The notes under the pieces: generated by a model
The model's database searches: none
What the model was told of the DNA's origin: nothing
What the model saw: the letters and a program-made list of their open reading frames with translations, nothing else
Shown: positions 1-13,800 of the stretch, one piece after another
How positions within the stretch are numbered: the first letter of the stretch is position 1
Layout of the letters: each line of letters begins with the position of its first letter
From: Magallana gigas
Taxonomy: Eukaryota
Direction: 5' to 3'
Length of the DNA stretch: 64,000 nt
Assembly (NCBI RefSeq): GCF_963853765.1
Contig: NC_088856.1
Coordinates: forward strand, 52,266,001-52,330,000
Program-made: the position numbers and the translations under genes

Positions 1-249
1 TGATAAATCACATTTTTACTTAATAACTTTGATTATACAAAGTAAGATTTCAGTAACAAGACTGGAATTACTATGACTTTACTGCTCACATTCAAGAAAA
101 TTGTTTTAATACTTGTCTGCATACTTATCAAAATGTACATGTACATTCATAGCGATTTTAGTGCTTCCAAGTCAATACAGTGAAATGACAGTTACCTTAC
201 TGAATCAAAGTAAATATCATATAAGAAGACAAAGTTAATAGAGTCTTAC

Positions 250-1726
250 CGGTGAACGTACTACTGGTAAAAATTCTGACAATCTTTGCAGACGACGGGT
301 ACTCGAGTGACATATCTCCGCCGTAAGCCCGACGGGCGAGGTTAATATCAGTCTCCTGCTGAATTTTACTGGACATGCGCAGGGAGATCAGAACCTTGAA
401 GTCCGTCAAGGAATCTATTTTGTTGCCCCTTCCTACCATTTCCGGTGTGATCTGCCCCCTGGTGACAGGAATAGTAATTACCTCCCCTGTCTGGTCGGAA
501 TTCGTTGTCGCCGCTTGCGAATTTTGAGATGTGCCGCCATTGCTTACGTCTGCCTGAGAAGTGCTCTTATCCAGCGCCTTACTACCTCCTGATCTAGTCG
601 TTTGTTGTCCGCCATTTTTCGAATTGTAGGATAAATTTCTTCCATCGGTATTCGCTTCGTTCGACGGGTCTGGGTTTTTGTGACTGATAAAGAATTCATA
701 AAGAACAACTACTGTAAATTCCTAATTAAACGCGAGGAATTAATATCCGCGAAAAATCGCGAGAAGCATCCTTCGCGGATTTTAAAATCTCGCCATTATT
801 TTCTGAGAGTTGAAAACTATAAGAAATAAGGAGAAAAGTTCAACGTTCGCGATTTTATATTCTCGCGATTTGGTAGAAACCAGCGGGATCGCGGAATTAA
901 GTACTCGCGTAATATAAGGAATTTACAGTATATATTTTAAAGATAGTTTTACTCGGAGGTGTAATTGTAGCATTCAAAAATGGGAAAGATTCTCCCATCC
1001 ACACAATCGCAAATTCTCGGCTGTTTTCTCTGCGAAAAAAGTTGCGATTACGATCCTCAGCCTTAAAGATTTGTTATCATCCTAAAGTTGAAGTAAGAAC
1101 AACTGTTTTAATAGTATCCCGGCCTTCTACACAGTGACAGCAAATGTTTAAAGCTATAATGGAAAACTCTGTAATTTGTTGAGATTTGTGTTTACAAATA
1201 TGATTGATGCATCGGCGGCTTAAATCCCAAAAAATTTAGATAATACATCACATAATCTATATAGGGTTACTTTCGCCTCGTGGTTTTTTTTCGATCTTCT
1301 AAACTTTGAAACGTTTTCGTTCCATCTTGAATTTGTCCAGATACAGTAAAAAAATATATACTCTTTTTTAAATAACACAGTTTAAAAATTGATTTGAATT
1401 TGTCTAGTCTTAAACAAAGTAAGCAAATCAGGTCATGCAACAATCAATATCTCTAAAATACGTTTGAAATATATTTATTGCATATAATTAATATATTCAT
1501 TACATTTAACATCACATATTTCTTTATGTGTGAGCACAAATATAAACTTAATATCACTTTTAATTGTGTTTCTATCTCTCCTTTAAAACACGTAAGGATA
1601 ACCGCCCTTTTTTTATTTACCCAGTTTAAATGTTGTTTATCAAGTTGATGTTTATCTGTGTTCAGAGTTATCTTACCAGACAGCCGGAACAACATCCTTA
1701 AACTTGCGTAGGTATTCTTGGTACAT
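250..1726 (-). CDS. 5' end of NACHT and WD-repeat domain-containing protein (NWD1/NWD2-like); continues beyond window start
   Basis: Exon 1726-1677 (MYQEYLRKFKDVVPAVC, phase-2 donor GTAAG) joins exon 683-250 (acceptor tttatcag, 434 nt open, donor G|GTAAG). The product ends in KIVRIFTSSTFT(D), which matches the N-terminal RxFxSSTFxD (DUF4062-like) motif of NWD proteins as recalled. NACHT/WD40 domains are not in the window. Exon 1 is less certain than exon 2. Confidence 0.72.
710..930. mobile_element. ~220 bp MITE with TA termini, in NWD intron
   Basis: Imperfect ~27 bp terminal inverted repeats: tactgtaaattcctaattaaacgcgag versus ctcgcgtaatataaggaatttacagta. No coding capacity. Confidence 0.75.
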
Positions 1727-3510
1727 GCTCAGTGAATTACATGTTACCACAACAACCGGCGACGCTAATAATATAGCACGTGTAAAAAACTATTTTCAGT
1801 ATCTGAGCGTGATCGCTATAGTCAGCCATGCTTGTTTGTGTGTGTAATGGCAACACGCTTGTTTACTTACAGTATTGATCAGAAAGTAGACTACGGGCCT
1901 GGGACATTTAAACAATCTTCTAATGATAGTCACTCAACCAGAAACTCGCCCTTTTTTTTCTACAGGGAAGACCGAAAGCTGGATTAAACGTCGGTATGGG
2001 CCAATAATATACGTAGCCTGGCTTAAAATAAATTCAAACCAACTCCATCAATGTTGAATAAATAGAATAGAATAGATTTTCCAAATTAGGGCCTCATGGG
2101 GCATGACATATATATTAACTATGATTACATATAAAGTGATTTTAAGCTAGTAACACTCGCCACGTACCTACAGTTTATATGTAATTGTTGACATTTTATA
2201 TTCGATGAACACGTATCCTGAAAGTAAATTAATTTTTTTTATTTTAGGCATGATGATCGATTTTAAACTTGACGTCTGTTTATGCTACTCTCTAACTTAT
2301 TTCTCAAATGTAGAAAATCTATACTTTAAATTTCCATTGCAGATTTCATCCATTCATAAGTAAAATGAAGCTGTTTCCTTATAGGAGTTTCTTCAATTAC
2401 ATGTATCACGGATTGGGATAATTGAACGATCAATAACACGTTGAGTTCATAATTATTGACGTATTATTACTTGTATGTCGGATTTGCATATCAATATTTA
2501 ATTTTTATTAATGTATCTATGGAATTATTTATTCTTGTTTATTTTGGATTAATTATTTTTTTAACTTATTTTATCATTCATCTTTCTTTAATGATTGATC
2601 ATTTATTTTATTTTTATTGAATGAATGAATGAATGAACTTCAAGTATTTGGTTGAATAAAATTCAGTTTTTCTAATCATATTTTCAATACTGAAATTGAT
2701 ATGTAAATAACAATAAGATGAGCATTTTAAAAGAAAATGACTCAATAGTGTGCTGAGCTAAGATCGATTATTTAGTGCAACGAATGTGCGATGAATAACT
2801 ATTTGAAAGTCGTTATCCTCCAATTAAAATGCAATCTCCTGGCATATCTCAAATGAATCATCATGTAAACAATGCTAAGGCAAAGAAGGTCTGACTCCAG
2901 ACGTCATGGACATGCGTTGATTGTCTGGATAACAAAACAACATAATTAAATGTTGCCGTGATCGTATCTTGCAAAAAAAAAAAACCATTAATAGAAAGAA
3001 GTTATCAGGAATAGTTTTTACTTAAAAATAATATCAACATCTTGATCTTTTAAAATAATTTTTTCCAGTTCAAACACACGGCAACACGTACGAATAATGT
3101 AGATAGTCGCCAATATTTATGTAGAGATGTTGAACCGGTTTCGTCGCAGACATCATAGAATATTTATTGGAGCTAAATAAGTGAGTAGTGTTCCTGAGTG
3201 TGAGCGAGACTAATGAAGTCGCTGGTGTAGTCAGCAACGAGCCGCCCATTGTTTCTTCTACGGACTACTCCGTGGTATCGGTGAGCGAGATGTATAGCGT
3301 GCCGATCAAAATAAACCGTGATGTTCCGGAGAAAGGAACCATACGATGGAATTAAATATTGGATCGATCTACGGCTTAAGCATCAGACTGAATTTACGGG
3401 CTTCGTGTGCCTCAGAAAAACCTGAAAGTTTGATAACACTTCCGCACGGAAAAACTGTCTGTGACGAAAAGGGACTTCGGCGCCTGGCGACAGAGAAATA
3501 GCGAGTCGAA

Positions 3511-6500
3511 ATGGCGGAAAGTACCGTAACGGAGACTGCATCACCGGACAAGCAGCCCAACCCCACGGGACAGGCCAAGAAGACCATTCAGACCAAGGGA
3601 AATGTTGTCATATTCGCCATGGACGGGAGTGACATTGCTATTAACGCCCTTAAGTGTGAGTTCACTATATTGTATCTTATATACGATTATATTTCCTTTC
3701 CAGTTTTTCTTTATATCAAAGACTCAAATGACTACCAGTTGCTCAAAGACTAAGTAAAGAGCCAATATTGCATATGATGGCATAAATTATGAATTTATGG
3801 AATGCCCTTACGTACTGTTAACTTGTATCCTTTTTGGCATACTTAAGAGGGCTGGACTGTCTTGGCCATTTTTAGACTGTATTGGTCTTCTTTAGAAAAA
3901 GAGCTCTAATATAAAAATATAGTCGAATACCCAAATTTAAAATGTAAAATTTTTGGATTATTTCTCTTCTTAATAATACTTCATAGGGAAAAAAAATCAC
4001 ATCTGAAAGGTTTTGTAGATCTGATGGTAAATTTGTTGACCGTTGAAGCTCCTTAAGATGCCGTTTGTGTTCGCTATTGCGTTTAAGTTTTGTAGTCAAA
4101 ATACTCTAAGATCTTGAAGAAAGAACTATATTATTCTCAATTTTCAATTATTTTGAAAAATTATTTTTGCAACACTATCGAATTCATCTTTTGATCGTGA
4201 AAATTAGTCGCTTGGAATATGAGTCGAATTTGTACTGTCTTCAAGATTTATATAATAAAAAATACATAAAATTTGAAATAAAATAATAAAATAATTATTG
4301 CTATTTATTACAAATACTTATATGTGATGTCATGGTTTATTATAAAATGACTTGCGTCCATAAGCTGCTTCAAAAAAATTATGGCCATTAGATAAAAGCT
4401 TTTGACTTACGAAAATGTTGACGCATAAATTGTTTAAAATGATTTAAATATTATTTTTGATTGATTTGAGTCTGATCAAAAAGCACAAACTGTCCTGATT
4501 AATAAAGAGGAGATCTACAATTCTGTTGATGTCGTTGAAATTTCCTGTCATGCATTATTCCTTTTTATTATACTTTCATGTTAAATATTAAACTCTGATT
4601 GGTTTAGACGCAGTTGATAATCCGTTTTGTTATACTTTCATGTTAAATACTGAAATCTGATTGGTTTAGACGCAGTTCATAATCCGTTCTATTACCCACA
4701 GCGTTAGCAACGCACTTAGCAACGGGTAACATTAAAAATTATTATACTTTCATGTTAAATACTGAAATCTGATTGGTTAAGACGCAGTTGATAATCCGTT
4801 CTATTACCCTCAGCGTTAGCAACACACTTAGCAACGGGTAACACAACGAATTGTTACATGCGCGTAAATCATGCGCGTACGGTTCGGCGTAGAATTTACG
4901 TCATTTCTATATTAAAGCAGTAAAAAAATCTCTAAAATCTTGACATTCAGTATAATAAAATAAATAGTGCCTGTTTGGGAGGATAACAGTTGAAATTGAC
5001 ACCTCTCGAAAACCATTGTCAACCTCCGCTTCGCGTCGGTTGACAATGGTTTCCTCGGGGTGTCAATTTCAACTGTTACCCTCCCAAACAGGCACTATTT
5101 ATATATTGTTACATGCGCGAAAATTATGCGCGTACGGTTCGCCGTAGAATTTACGTTATTCCTATGTAAAGGCAGTTAAGTTTTCTTTAAGATTAAGACA
5201 TTCAGTATAACAAAATAAATAGTGTCTGTTTGGGAGGATAAAAGCTGAAATCAACACCCCTCGAAAACCATTGTCAACCGACGCGAATGTTTTCGATTAT
5301 AGATGATTGATTGATTCATGCGTAAAGTGCAGATCGATTAGATAATTGATTGATTCATGCGTAAAGTGCTGATCGACATCGAAATATCAACAGTTTACTT
5401 GAGGATAGACTTCTTTACGATCAAAACAATATAAAAACACGGTAATTAAAATAAACTGTGCAAATGCATATATCACACTAGAAAATGAGAAATCTTCGCC
5501 GAAAATTTGCTCCTAGGCCTAATATTGTTCTGGCATCCTTTAAATTTTACCCCCCCCCCCGCCCCCTTTTCTATACCCAAATCCACCTTATTCTGCACTT
5601 GTACGGTGTTAACCGAAAAACGAGTGCCAATTTATGAAAGGATTTTTTATGTTTTAATTCGCCTGATTCCTGCATTCAATTTTAGATTATTTTGAATAAT
5701 TTCTGTGAAATAAATGCGAAAACTGATACTCAACGCATACAATCTGTGGTTATTGATCGAGGTAAAATTGCATCACACTCCCGAGTCATTATCAAATATT
5801 AACAGCGATTTCTGCGGGACATGCGATGCTCAGGAAATGGTTTCTGTGTTAGGCCTCGACGGGTCGTCCCGAGATTTAACATTTGATGGAATGTTTTTGT
5901 GAATTGAGAATCATCCGAACAATGAACAGACTATTTTTGTTGACGGAATTGACTAAATGCATTTGACACTAATTGATATTCAACACGTAGTACATTTTAC
6001 AATAGTTTTATTTTTTCAAGCTATTTAAGGTTATTAAAGATCATTTTGCCATGATTGTTTTTACATTTTTTATATTCAGCAGTTAGCTGAACAATCCATT
6101 GTTTGGTTTCTATACATTGTAAGTAAGATGTTGGTAAACGATTTCTGTATATGGTTTTAAAAGAGGAAATGGAAATCATGGTTGATTCACCATCCTTTTA
6201 AAGTCAAAGTACTTTAAGTGCTAATTGGATTATTGCAAGAACCTATTAATGTAAGATCCGGAATGAATAAGGGTGAATCTCAAAGTACGCTACATGGTGC
6301 ATGTATTTTTAAAATGGTCACAATAGACCATGTCAAGATCTTTTGCATGTTTTTATTTAAAAATGGATATAACATCAACCACAGAGTATTTTTTTCTTAA
6401 TTAAAATGACCCTCGATTACGGCGACGTCTATGGTGTGTATAATATCACCACTGGGACATAAGTCTTACAAGTAGACTATGACAGTTTTGAGGTGTATGA

Positions 6501-9500
6501 TCTGCAGGAAAAAATATCAAACACCACTTAGACGTGCGCCATATGTCTAAGTATTAAGCGCTGGTGAGACCCAGACCAAAACAAGAGTGCATAGACTGCC
6601 TTAATGGACATTTATGTTCCAGATCGACGGAAGATGCGTTCTTGATTGGCGCAGATACGGATCTGAATAGCTCTGCTTCAGCATGGTCAGTGATGGCGGG
6701 AAACCTCCTCGCGTGATATGCCGCGGTGTTCATTAACTGCAATAAAAGTCCCATTAGCCCCGCACTTTAGAGCGACATTAATGAGGTTTTGTTTATCGAG
6801 ATGTTGTATTAGAGAAAAAAAACCTTAAAATTCAATGTTTTGTGGATGACAGACATTAATGACATAACGGTGTAAAAGGAAGTAGGGAGCTCGTGTCATA
6901 AACTAAGGGTCTTCCGTGGCATTCACCAAATATGAAGGCATGCAAGGCCATGTCTTTACTCCTGATGAATACTAAAAGATACAGTTTATGCTTTTCATAC
7001 TCAGGCTTCTATATTTTTTACAATCCCGTTTAAAAAAAACTATATTTGAATACAATATAAGCCCAATCTCATGTGAGTGCTTTAAAAAAGCAATGTCGAG
7101 TATCAAAATATTACATTATTTTCTAAATTGCCCATTTTTTTTAACCTCGTGAATGTAAACTGTTTAAATAGTGTTCAATAATGTTTTAACGGTTTTGATT
7201 ATGTTTTGTTTTTATTATTTCATGACTTGTAATTTAATTATGCTTAACTTTACTCTGTCATTGTTGTANNNNNNNNNNNNNNNNNNNNNNNNNNNNNNNN
7301 NNNNNNNNNNNNNNNNNNNNNNNNNNNNNNNNNNNNNNNNNNNNNNNNNNNNNNNNNNNNNNNNNNNNNNNNNNNNNNNNNNNNNNNNNNNNNNNNNNNN
7401 NNNNNNNNNNNNTATAAGTTATGAATTTTATTTTTTACATCAAAGAGAAGTTTATATACAATGTTAATGTGCCAATCATAATAATCCTTACAATGCCGTT
7501 ACAATATCACCTACAGAAAAGTGAAACATGCCATTTGATTGGTTTAATCAAGTTTGTTATGACATTATAAAACAGTACCCTTTAAAGGTCGTTGTCATAT
7601 ATCTACGTTTTGCGCTTATGAAAAAAATCTGTGTTTATAAATGATAATTTCTTTGGTTTGCTTTTTTGTTGGAGCACATTTCAAAATTTATTTTTAGAGT
7701 TAAATATCAAGAACAAAAACTTTGTGAAGATATAGACAATAAAGAAAAAAATACAGAAAGAACAATAAAAAAAACTAGAAATGACAATTGAATATTCTCT
7801 TTTCACGTGGTTTGATATATACAAATATACAAATATCATGTTCTTTTACAAACAGGTTCACCATTTGATTCGTAAATATATGTCTCACATTTTTCCAGTT
7901 GATGTTTTTCTTATACATGTAAGTATCTAAACATTAAAAGCTTACAGTTCTTCAATTTTTTTTTACCTAGGGTACGCCTCAAAATGTCACAGACCGGAAG
8001 ACGTAGTAGTTCTTGTATACGCCGTAGAAATGAGCGAGATCTTCACTTCCGCCCAGTGGCTACAAAGTAAGTCACGTGATCCTCAAACGTACGTACGACT
8101 TTTGTTTAACCTTTGCTATTCTAGCCGTATTGTCATTGTATATGCTAATTTCTTTCTAGTTTGTTGTCTGTGTAAGCTCGTCGATTCGTCATTTTTAGAC
8201 TGAGGTAATTGCACTCTGGTCTGGTAAAGACGTTTTATCTATAGAGCTCTAGCTTTATTTTAAAGCATGGTCATGACTTATAGAATCAAAATTAAATTAG
8301 ATAATCTCTCAGTGGTATGATTTATCACTTATTTTATAACAATGTAAAAATTAGAAGAAAAAAAATAATAAGCAATGAAGTCCAGTAGAAAAAAAAATTG
8401 ATTGTAATCGATCGACTGTAAATAATTATAAATCAGATATTCTACCAATTATATTTGTAGCATTTATAAGGATACATTTTCTTTTAGACTTGACTTGTAA
8501 TCAAATTATGTAAAGTAAAAATGAAAGGGTCAAAAGTTGAGCCCAATGTGACGGTGAGCGGTTGATATTGATACAAGTAGCAATAATCTAAAAGGCACCG
8601 CCTCAAGGAGACAGTAGGCGCTTCAGAAGTGATTGGTTTGAATCTCTTGAGAACCATTTATATCTGTTCCTTCGATTTGCTTTAAAAAGACATTATAGTA
8701 TTATAATTACTCGTCTCCTTAATCTCTGTATCATTATGTCATTGCAAACAAAATGCGTTGTTAATAAAATATTGAGATAAAAAATATTAACAGAATGTGG
8801 TTATTTTAGTTTATCTATATATTAACTATATTTTCATATATGCTTTAATAGTTATAACCCTTGTGAACTTGAGCATCTTTCCTGTTTTAAGTATTCATTG
8901 CAATCTAAAACACTGGGAGCTAACATTTAGAGTCATAATATTGTTCCATATATTTTAGCGCCTAACACAGAAGATATCGATGCCTTTCAAACTATATTCC
9001 GACATGAAATAGAAAAAATACAGAAGAAACTTCAGACGTTTACTAAAGTGTTACGACAACTAGAGGTAATTTTCCGTACCTATTATTAATGTTTTATGGA
9101 AGCCTGGTTTGTTTGGTTTTTTAATTCATTTTTTTATTTTAAATTATCTATTCGTTGTTTTATTATATTATGTTTTCATTTTTTTTCAATATTTTAATTT
9201 TAACTGAAAAGGTGTTTTCCTTTTTGGTGTTTAGATTTTTCATTTATATATTCATCTTTTTATTAGCTGCGTTGTTTTCTTGGATCTTCTACTTTTGTGA
9301 TAAATGACGACTAATTTCTTTTGTTCTTTTCCTCGCCAAAAGATTAATGGAAGCGTCAGAAGTACTCACGCCTGCAAGCCCGGAGAGGGAATAATCAATG
9401 TAGCCAAGGAGCTGAACGCAACCATGATTGTCACCGGAAGTAGGGGTCACGGTAAACTCAGGAGAACTCTGCTGGGTAGTGTCAGTGATTACTTGATACA

Positions 9501-9549
9501 CCACGCGGACATTCCTGTACTTGTGTGTCGTCATCAATCATTTAATTGA
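3511..9549 (+). CDS. Universal stress protein A-like (USP domain), 4 exons, 184 aa
   Basis: Exons 3511-3655, 7971-8066, 8959-9065, 9343-9549, all GT-AG with compatible phases (1,1,0). Motifs VIFAMDGS and GSRG-x9-GS (GSRGHGKLRRTLLGSVSDYLIHHADIPVLV) are the canonical USP ATP-binding signature. Confidence 0.93.
4568..5288. mobile_element. Non-autonomous DNA element with a long internal palindrome, present as partial tandem copies (class unassigned)
   Basis: The start motif ttatactttcatgttaaata recurs at 4568, 4630 and 4742. A hairpin spans 4962-5100 with ~63 bp arms and a 13 nt loop. A further partial internal copy spans ~5106-5288. Confidence 0.7.
7269..7411. other. Assembly gap (N run) in USP intron 1
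   Basis: Run of n characters. Confidence 0.99.
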
Positions 9550-10621
9550 CGTCACTCTTGTTATAAATAATTGCTGAAAATCCGCTTTCAGAGATTTAGA
9601 AGGTAAAAGATTCTGTACTTGACAAGATGTGTTTGTTTATTATCATGTAATCATGTCCTAAAAAGTGTATTAAAGGATATATATCATGTAAAGAATTTTA
9701 TTTTTTTATGGGGGGGGGGGGGTTGAATAGATTTTACTGATATTTTTTTATAGTTCTATACCTTACATTACGATATAAGATTTGTTACATTCTGAAGATG
9801 CATATTTTGGAAACACATGGCGTTTCAACTTCTATTCATCCGATTTTTTCATCCGTGCTATTTACTGTGTAGCAAATCCAACAGAGTCGAGTTCGACATA
9901 CACGTCTATTTGCCGAGTACAACCTTGAAGGCCATCGAAGACTTGACAGAAAAAAACCCACATTGCGTCGATTACTTAGTAGCATTACTATCCAGACTCC
10001 GTGTAAATTAACACAGATGATGGGGATGTATCACTATATACATGAAAAGTATAGTGTACACCCGCCGACATAGAGTTCATATATATGCTAGCAATCCATA
10101 AAGATTCCTCACTGGTAGATTGATGAGCCATTAGTAAAAGCATCACGCCTTTCATCAAGTGATACGTGACAATGCATGAGATTGATGTAACTTCAGTAGC
10201 TCCACTGTTCACTGTTTCACTCTTACAATTCGTACCATGCAAGGTTACAATTTCCGCAACATTTTGACGAATTGTAATGAAAATATACATACCCGTCAAC
10301 GATTGTAATAAAAATACAATAGATCTATATCCTTCACCGAAGCACACATTGAAATCGATACAAGAAACAATAAGATCCAATATTTCTCTGTTTTGACGTG
10401 TTATCTTTTTAACCTGAAGAAATTAACAAGAAGAAAAAACATCTTTTCTTAGAAATATTTATACTGGGAAATATGATCGTTCCTCCATTCGGAAGTCTCT
10501 CGGAACATAATGCACAATTTGCCATGATATCACCACGTACCACTATGTTGTCTCTCAGCATGCAGTGCTTTTTTCCCCATATTACTCGTTTTTAGTCCTT
10601 ACAAGATAGTGGCATTTCAAA

Positions 10622-10624
<3 letters not shown>

Positions 10625-10708
<84 letters not shown>
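10625..10708. repeat. (CT)n microsatellite
   Basis: About 40 CT units with one interruption. Confidence 0.97.
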
Positions 10709-10864
10709 AGACTCAGAACATCAACCCCAAAACATCAATATTGAAATTGAATATAACTTCAATTGATACGCAAGGTTGTCTATTGATGTAAATCAAAACT
10801 CAGACGAATAGAATTCGTAAAGAGTAGTGAGAGAGATCGAAGGCGTTGAGAAGTTCACCAGAGG

Positions 10865-13800
10865 ATGGTCTGTCTAGAGAGAATGAAGAGGGACCTTGGG
10901 CAGGACTCCGCGACGCTGGACAAATTTGTAGAATTCCAGGTAACTGAGGGTGAAGAATCACTAGGGCAATTTCATATAATTAATTTGTTTTTATTAAAAA
11001 TACCGGATAAGAGTATCTCTTTTAAAAAATCTTTTGTTTTACAGTCTAATTCGGTTTGACAGACGTTGATTTTATACTTGTGAATATGTATGCTGCAAAA
11101 CTACTCCTTTAAAAACAAATCTATCATCTCGAACAAAACATTAGGTTAAATTAAAAACGAAAATGATTTATATTATGGAAGTCAATGTAAAACATATATC
11201 AAATAACTTATTTGTATTTGTATAATGGTTTGGGAAGATTAATGTTGTTGCATTTACATATTTTCTAACATATCATGGAAGAAACTCAATATCACTGTAG
11301 TGTATTTACAGTAACGCTTATCTTTACGTTTTCTCCAGTTTGAAAATATCATATGATTAGAAAGTAAAGATGATGGGTAGGGGGCCTTCTTCCTGTAATC
11401 AATTTGAATGATGCATTGTCAGACTAAAAACGAAAGGGTAAATAAATTAAATATCAGAATTTGTAATTTCAAAATGCGTTAAGTGTCTTGATAGTGAAAT
11501 ATGTTCATGCACCTTCATAATGCACTTTGTAAAGTAAAAATTTTAAAGTGCGTTGACCTGGACCCAAATGAACATTTTTCTCAAAGTGGGTTGATTTGGT
11601 CCCAAATCTAACGCAAAGTGCGTTATATATATATATATTATTAAGTTCTTTATTACAGTAATACATGTACATACAGACAAGGTATATAACAAAAGAGCCC
11701 TCAAGGAACTTTTGTTTAAATTTACACGTCAAAAACAAAAGGCCGAGTTTTGAATACGTTTCCCATAGCTTTGCGGTTAAATTTGAGCTTATAATTCGTT
11801 TTTGTGAAAAGAATAATTTTACAAAGTATATGAACATCAACGTTCTAGCATTTTCACAATCGATGGGTCTTTTATCTGAATAATCTATAACTCATTACTT
11901 GAATTAAAATATGGAAATATATACACCCCCAATGTAATAAAAGGATACCTGGAAATAAAATTAAGGTATGGATTATGCCTCGAGAGAAATTTGTCATCTA
12001 CGACCAATTCTTCTACACGTGTCGTCGGCATTCCGAGACATGTTCGTTGTACGGGATTTAAAAAAAGGTTTTTATACGTATTGCCAACACAACCCTTCAG
12101 TCACTATAGGTAAGAATATAAGTAACAGAATAAAGGACAAGGCGGGGCAATTTGTAATGAGTTTCAGTACACTCACTTTTCTAACTTATAATTTTTGACA
12201 ACGTGCTGCTACATACAAGTCTCGTCTCTCTGTCTTTATATGCACGTTAGCCTCCCTAATTGTCGTTAGATGATTTTCCCTGATAAAACAATGCCCGGCG
12301 CATTTGACCAACTAATTCTCAACGGAGACATTTATACACGTGCAAGCTGCCGAGCTGAGAAATCAATAAAAGAGAGATAGGCACAAGTTGATCAGCTTTT
12401 TTTCTCGTAGTCGCCTTAAGGTAAAGATTGAGTAGTTTCAAATGCACCATTGATGTACATTTACTTCAATAAGATACGACCCCCCTCCCCTCCAATGAAC
12501 TTCAAAAAATACACCGAAAGCAAGATTACGATGGTTAAAAGAACCTAAGGTACAATACAATACTTTACAATACCGTTGTTTGCAAAATTATCTGATCATT
12601 AACATTTATGATCCGTTGTAAAGGATTTCTTACTATACTCTGTCCCAAGATATTCTCGATTTACTTTTTGCTTTATAACTCGATATTTATTTATACCTCA
12701 AGGGTTCACGCGATGTTCATTACGATCCACTTCTTTACAACCGGTTGTAGTTTAGAGGAACGGATCATAAATCCTTGCCCAGCAAAGATGGCTATCAATG
12801 GAATGTCGTAATTGTCTTCAAGATTAATCAATGGTTATTAAATTAAAAAGTAAAAGTGTTGAAACAATTCTGAAAGGGTGCGTATAATGTATCGGGTATT
12901 TAAAACATTTTAGAACGCTAGGCATTCTGAGCGAGTAAGTGTAGATCATTTGTCAACATTGTGAAAATTTTAACTTTTGAAACGAATATATCTGCGAAAT
13001 ATGAAGGAAAATCTTTCTCAAATAAATCAATTTTTTAATAAAGAAAAATCCAAGCGTTTAAATAACGTGATACTCTTCACCTATTGTACTGTTTCAGTTC
13101 GGACAAACAAGGTACATGTACCCGCTGTGGTGCTCCCTATGGTTGCTGTTCCACCTGGCCTGGGTTATAGTGGAGATCTATTGGTGGGAGACCGTGGACT
13201 TCACCAGTGAGCTGTGGCCGGTTTATCTGACCAACTGGGGATATGCCGTCCTACTTCTGTACCTTGTGATGGATTTTTTAATTTCAGTCTACGTCAGGTT
13301 CATCATCAACACACGAGTTGGTTTGTATATATCATAGAGACATGGAGACGATTCAGTATTAAAGACATACGGATGATTCAATACATGTATAACAGACACA
13401 CAGACGATCAAAAGCTACTCATATACAGACAATCCAATATAACAGACATATCGACAATCCAATATTACAGACATACTAAGAATCCAAAATTACAGACATA
13501 CAGACGATCCAATCTAACCGACATACAGACTGTCCAATATAACAAACATATATAAAATACAACATAATAGACATACAGACATTTCATTAAAACAGACAAT
13601 TTAATATATCACACACATGCAGACGATCAAATATAACAGGCATATAGACAATCCAATATAACAGACATAAAGACGATCCAATATTTAAAACATGTAGACA
13701 ATTTAATATAACAGACATGTGGACTATCCAAATAAAAAGATATACAGACTATCTATTATAACAGGCATAAAGACAATACAATGTAACAGAGATACAGATT

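Noticed and set aside
6420-6960. GC-richer stretch in USP intron 1 with a 66 aa ORF
   Set aside because: No USP-compatible alternative exon or recognisable RT/transposase motif could be read.
9988-10380. 130 aa minus-strand ORF; the upstream-extended start RQNREILDLIVSCIDF faintly resembles hAT/ZMYM-type transposase sequence
   Set aside because: The similarity does not continue and no other motif was recognised. It may be a decayed element.
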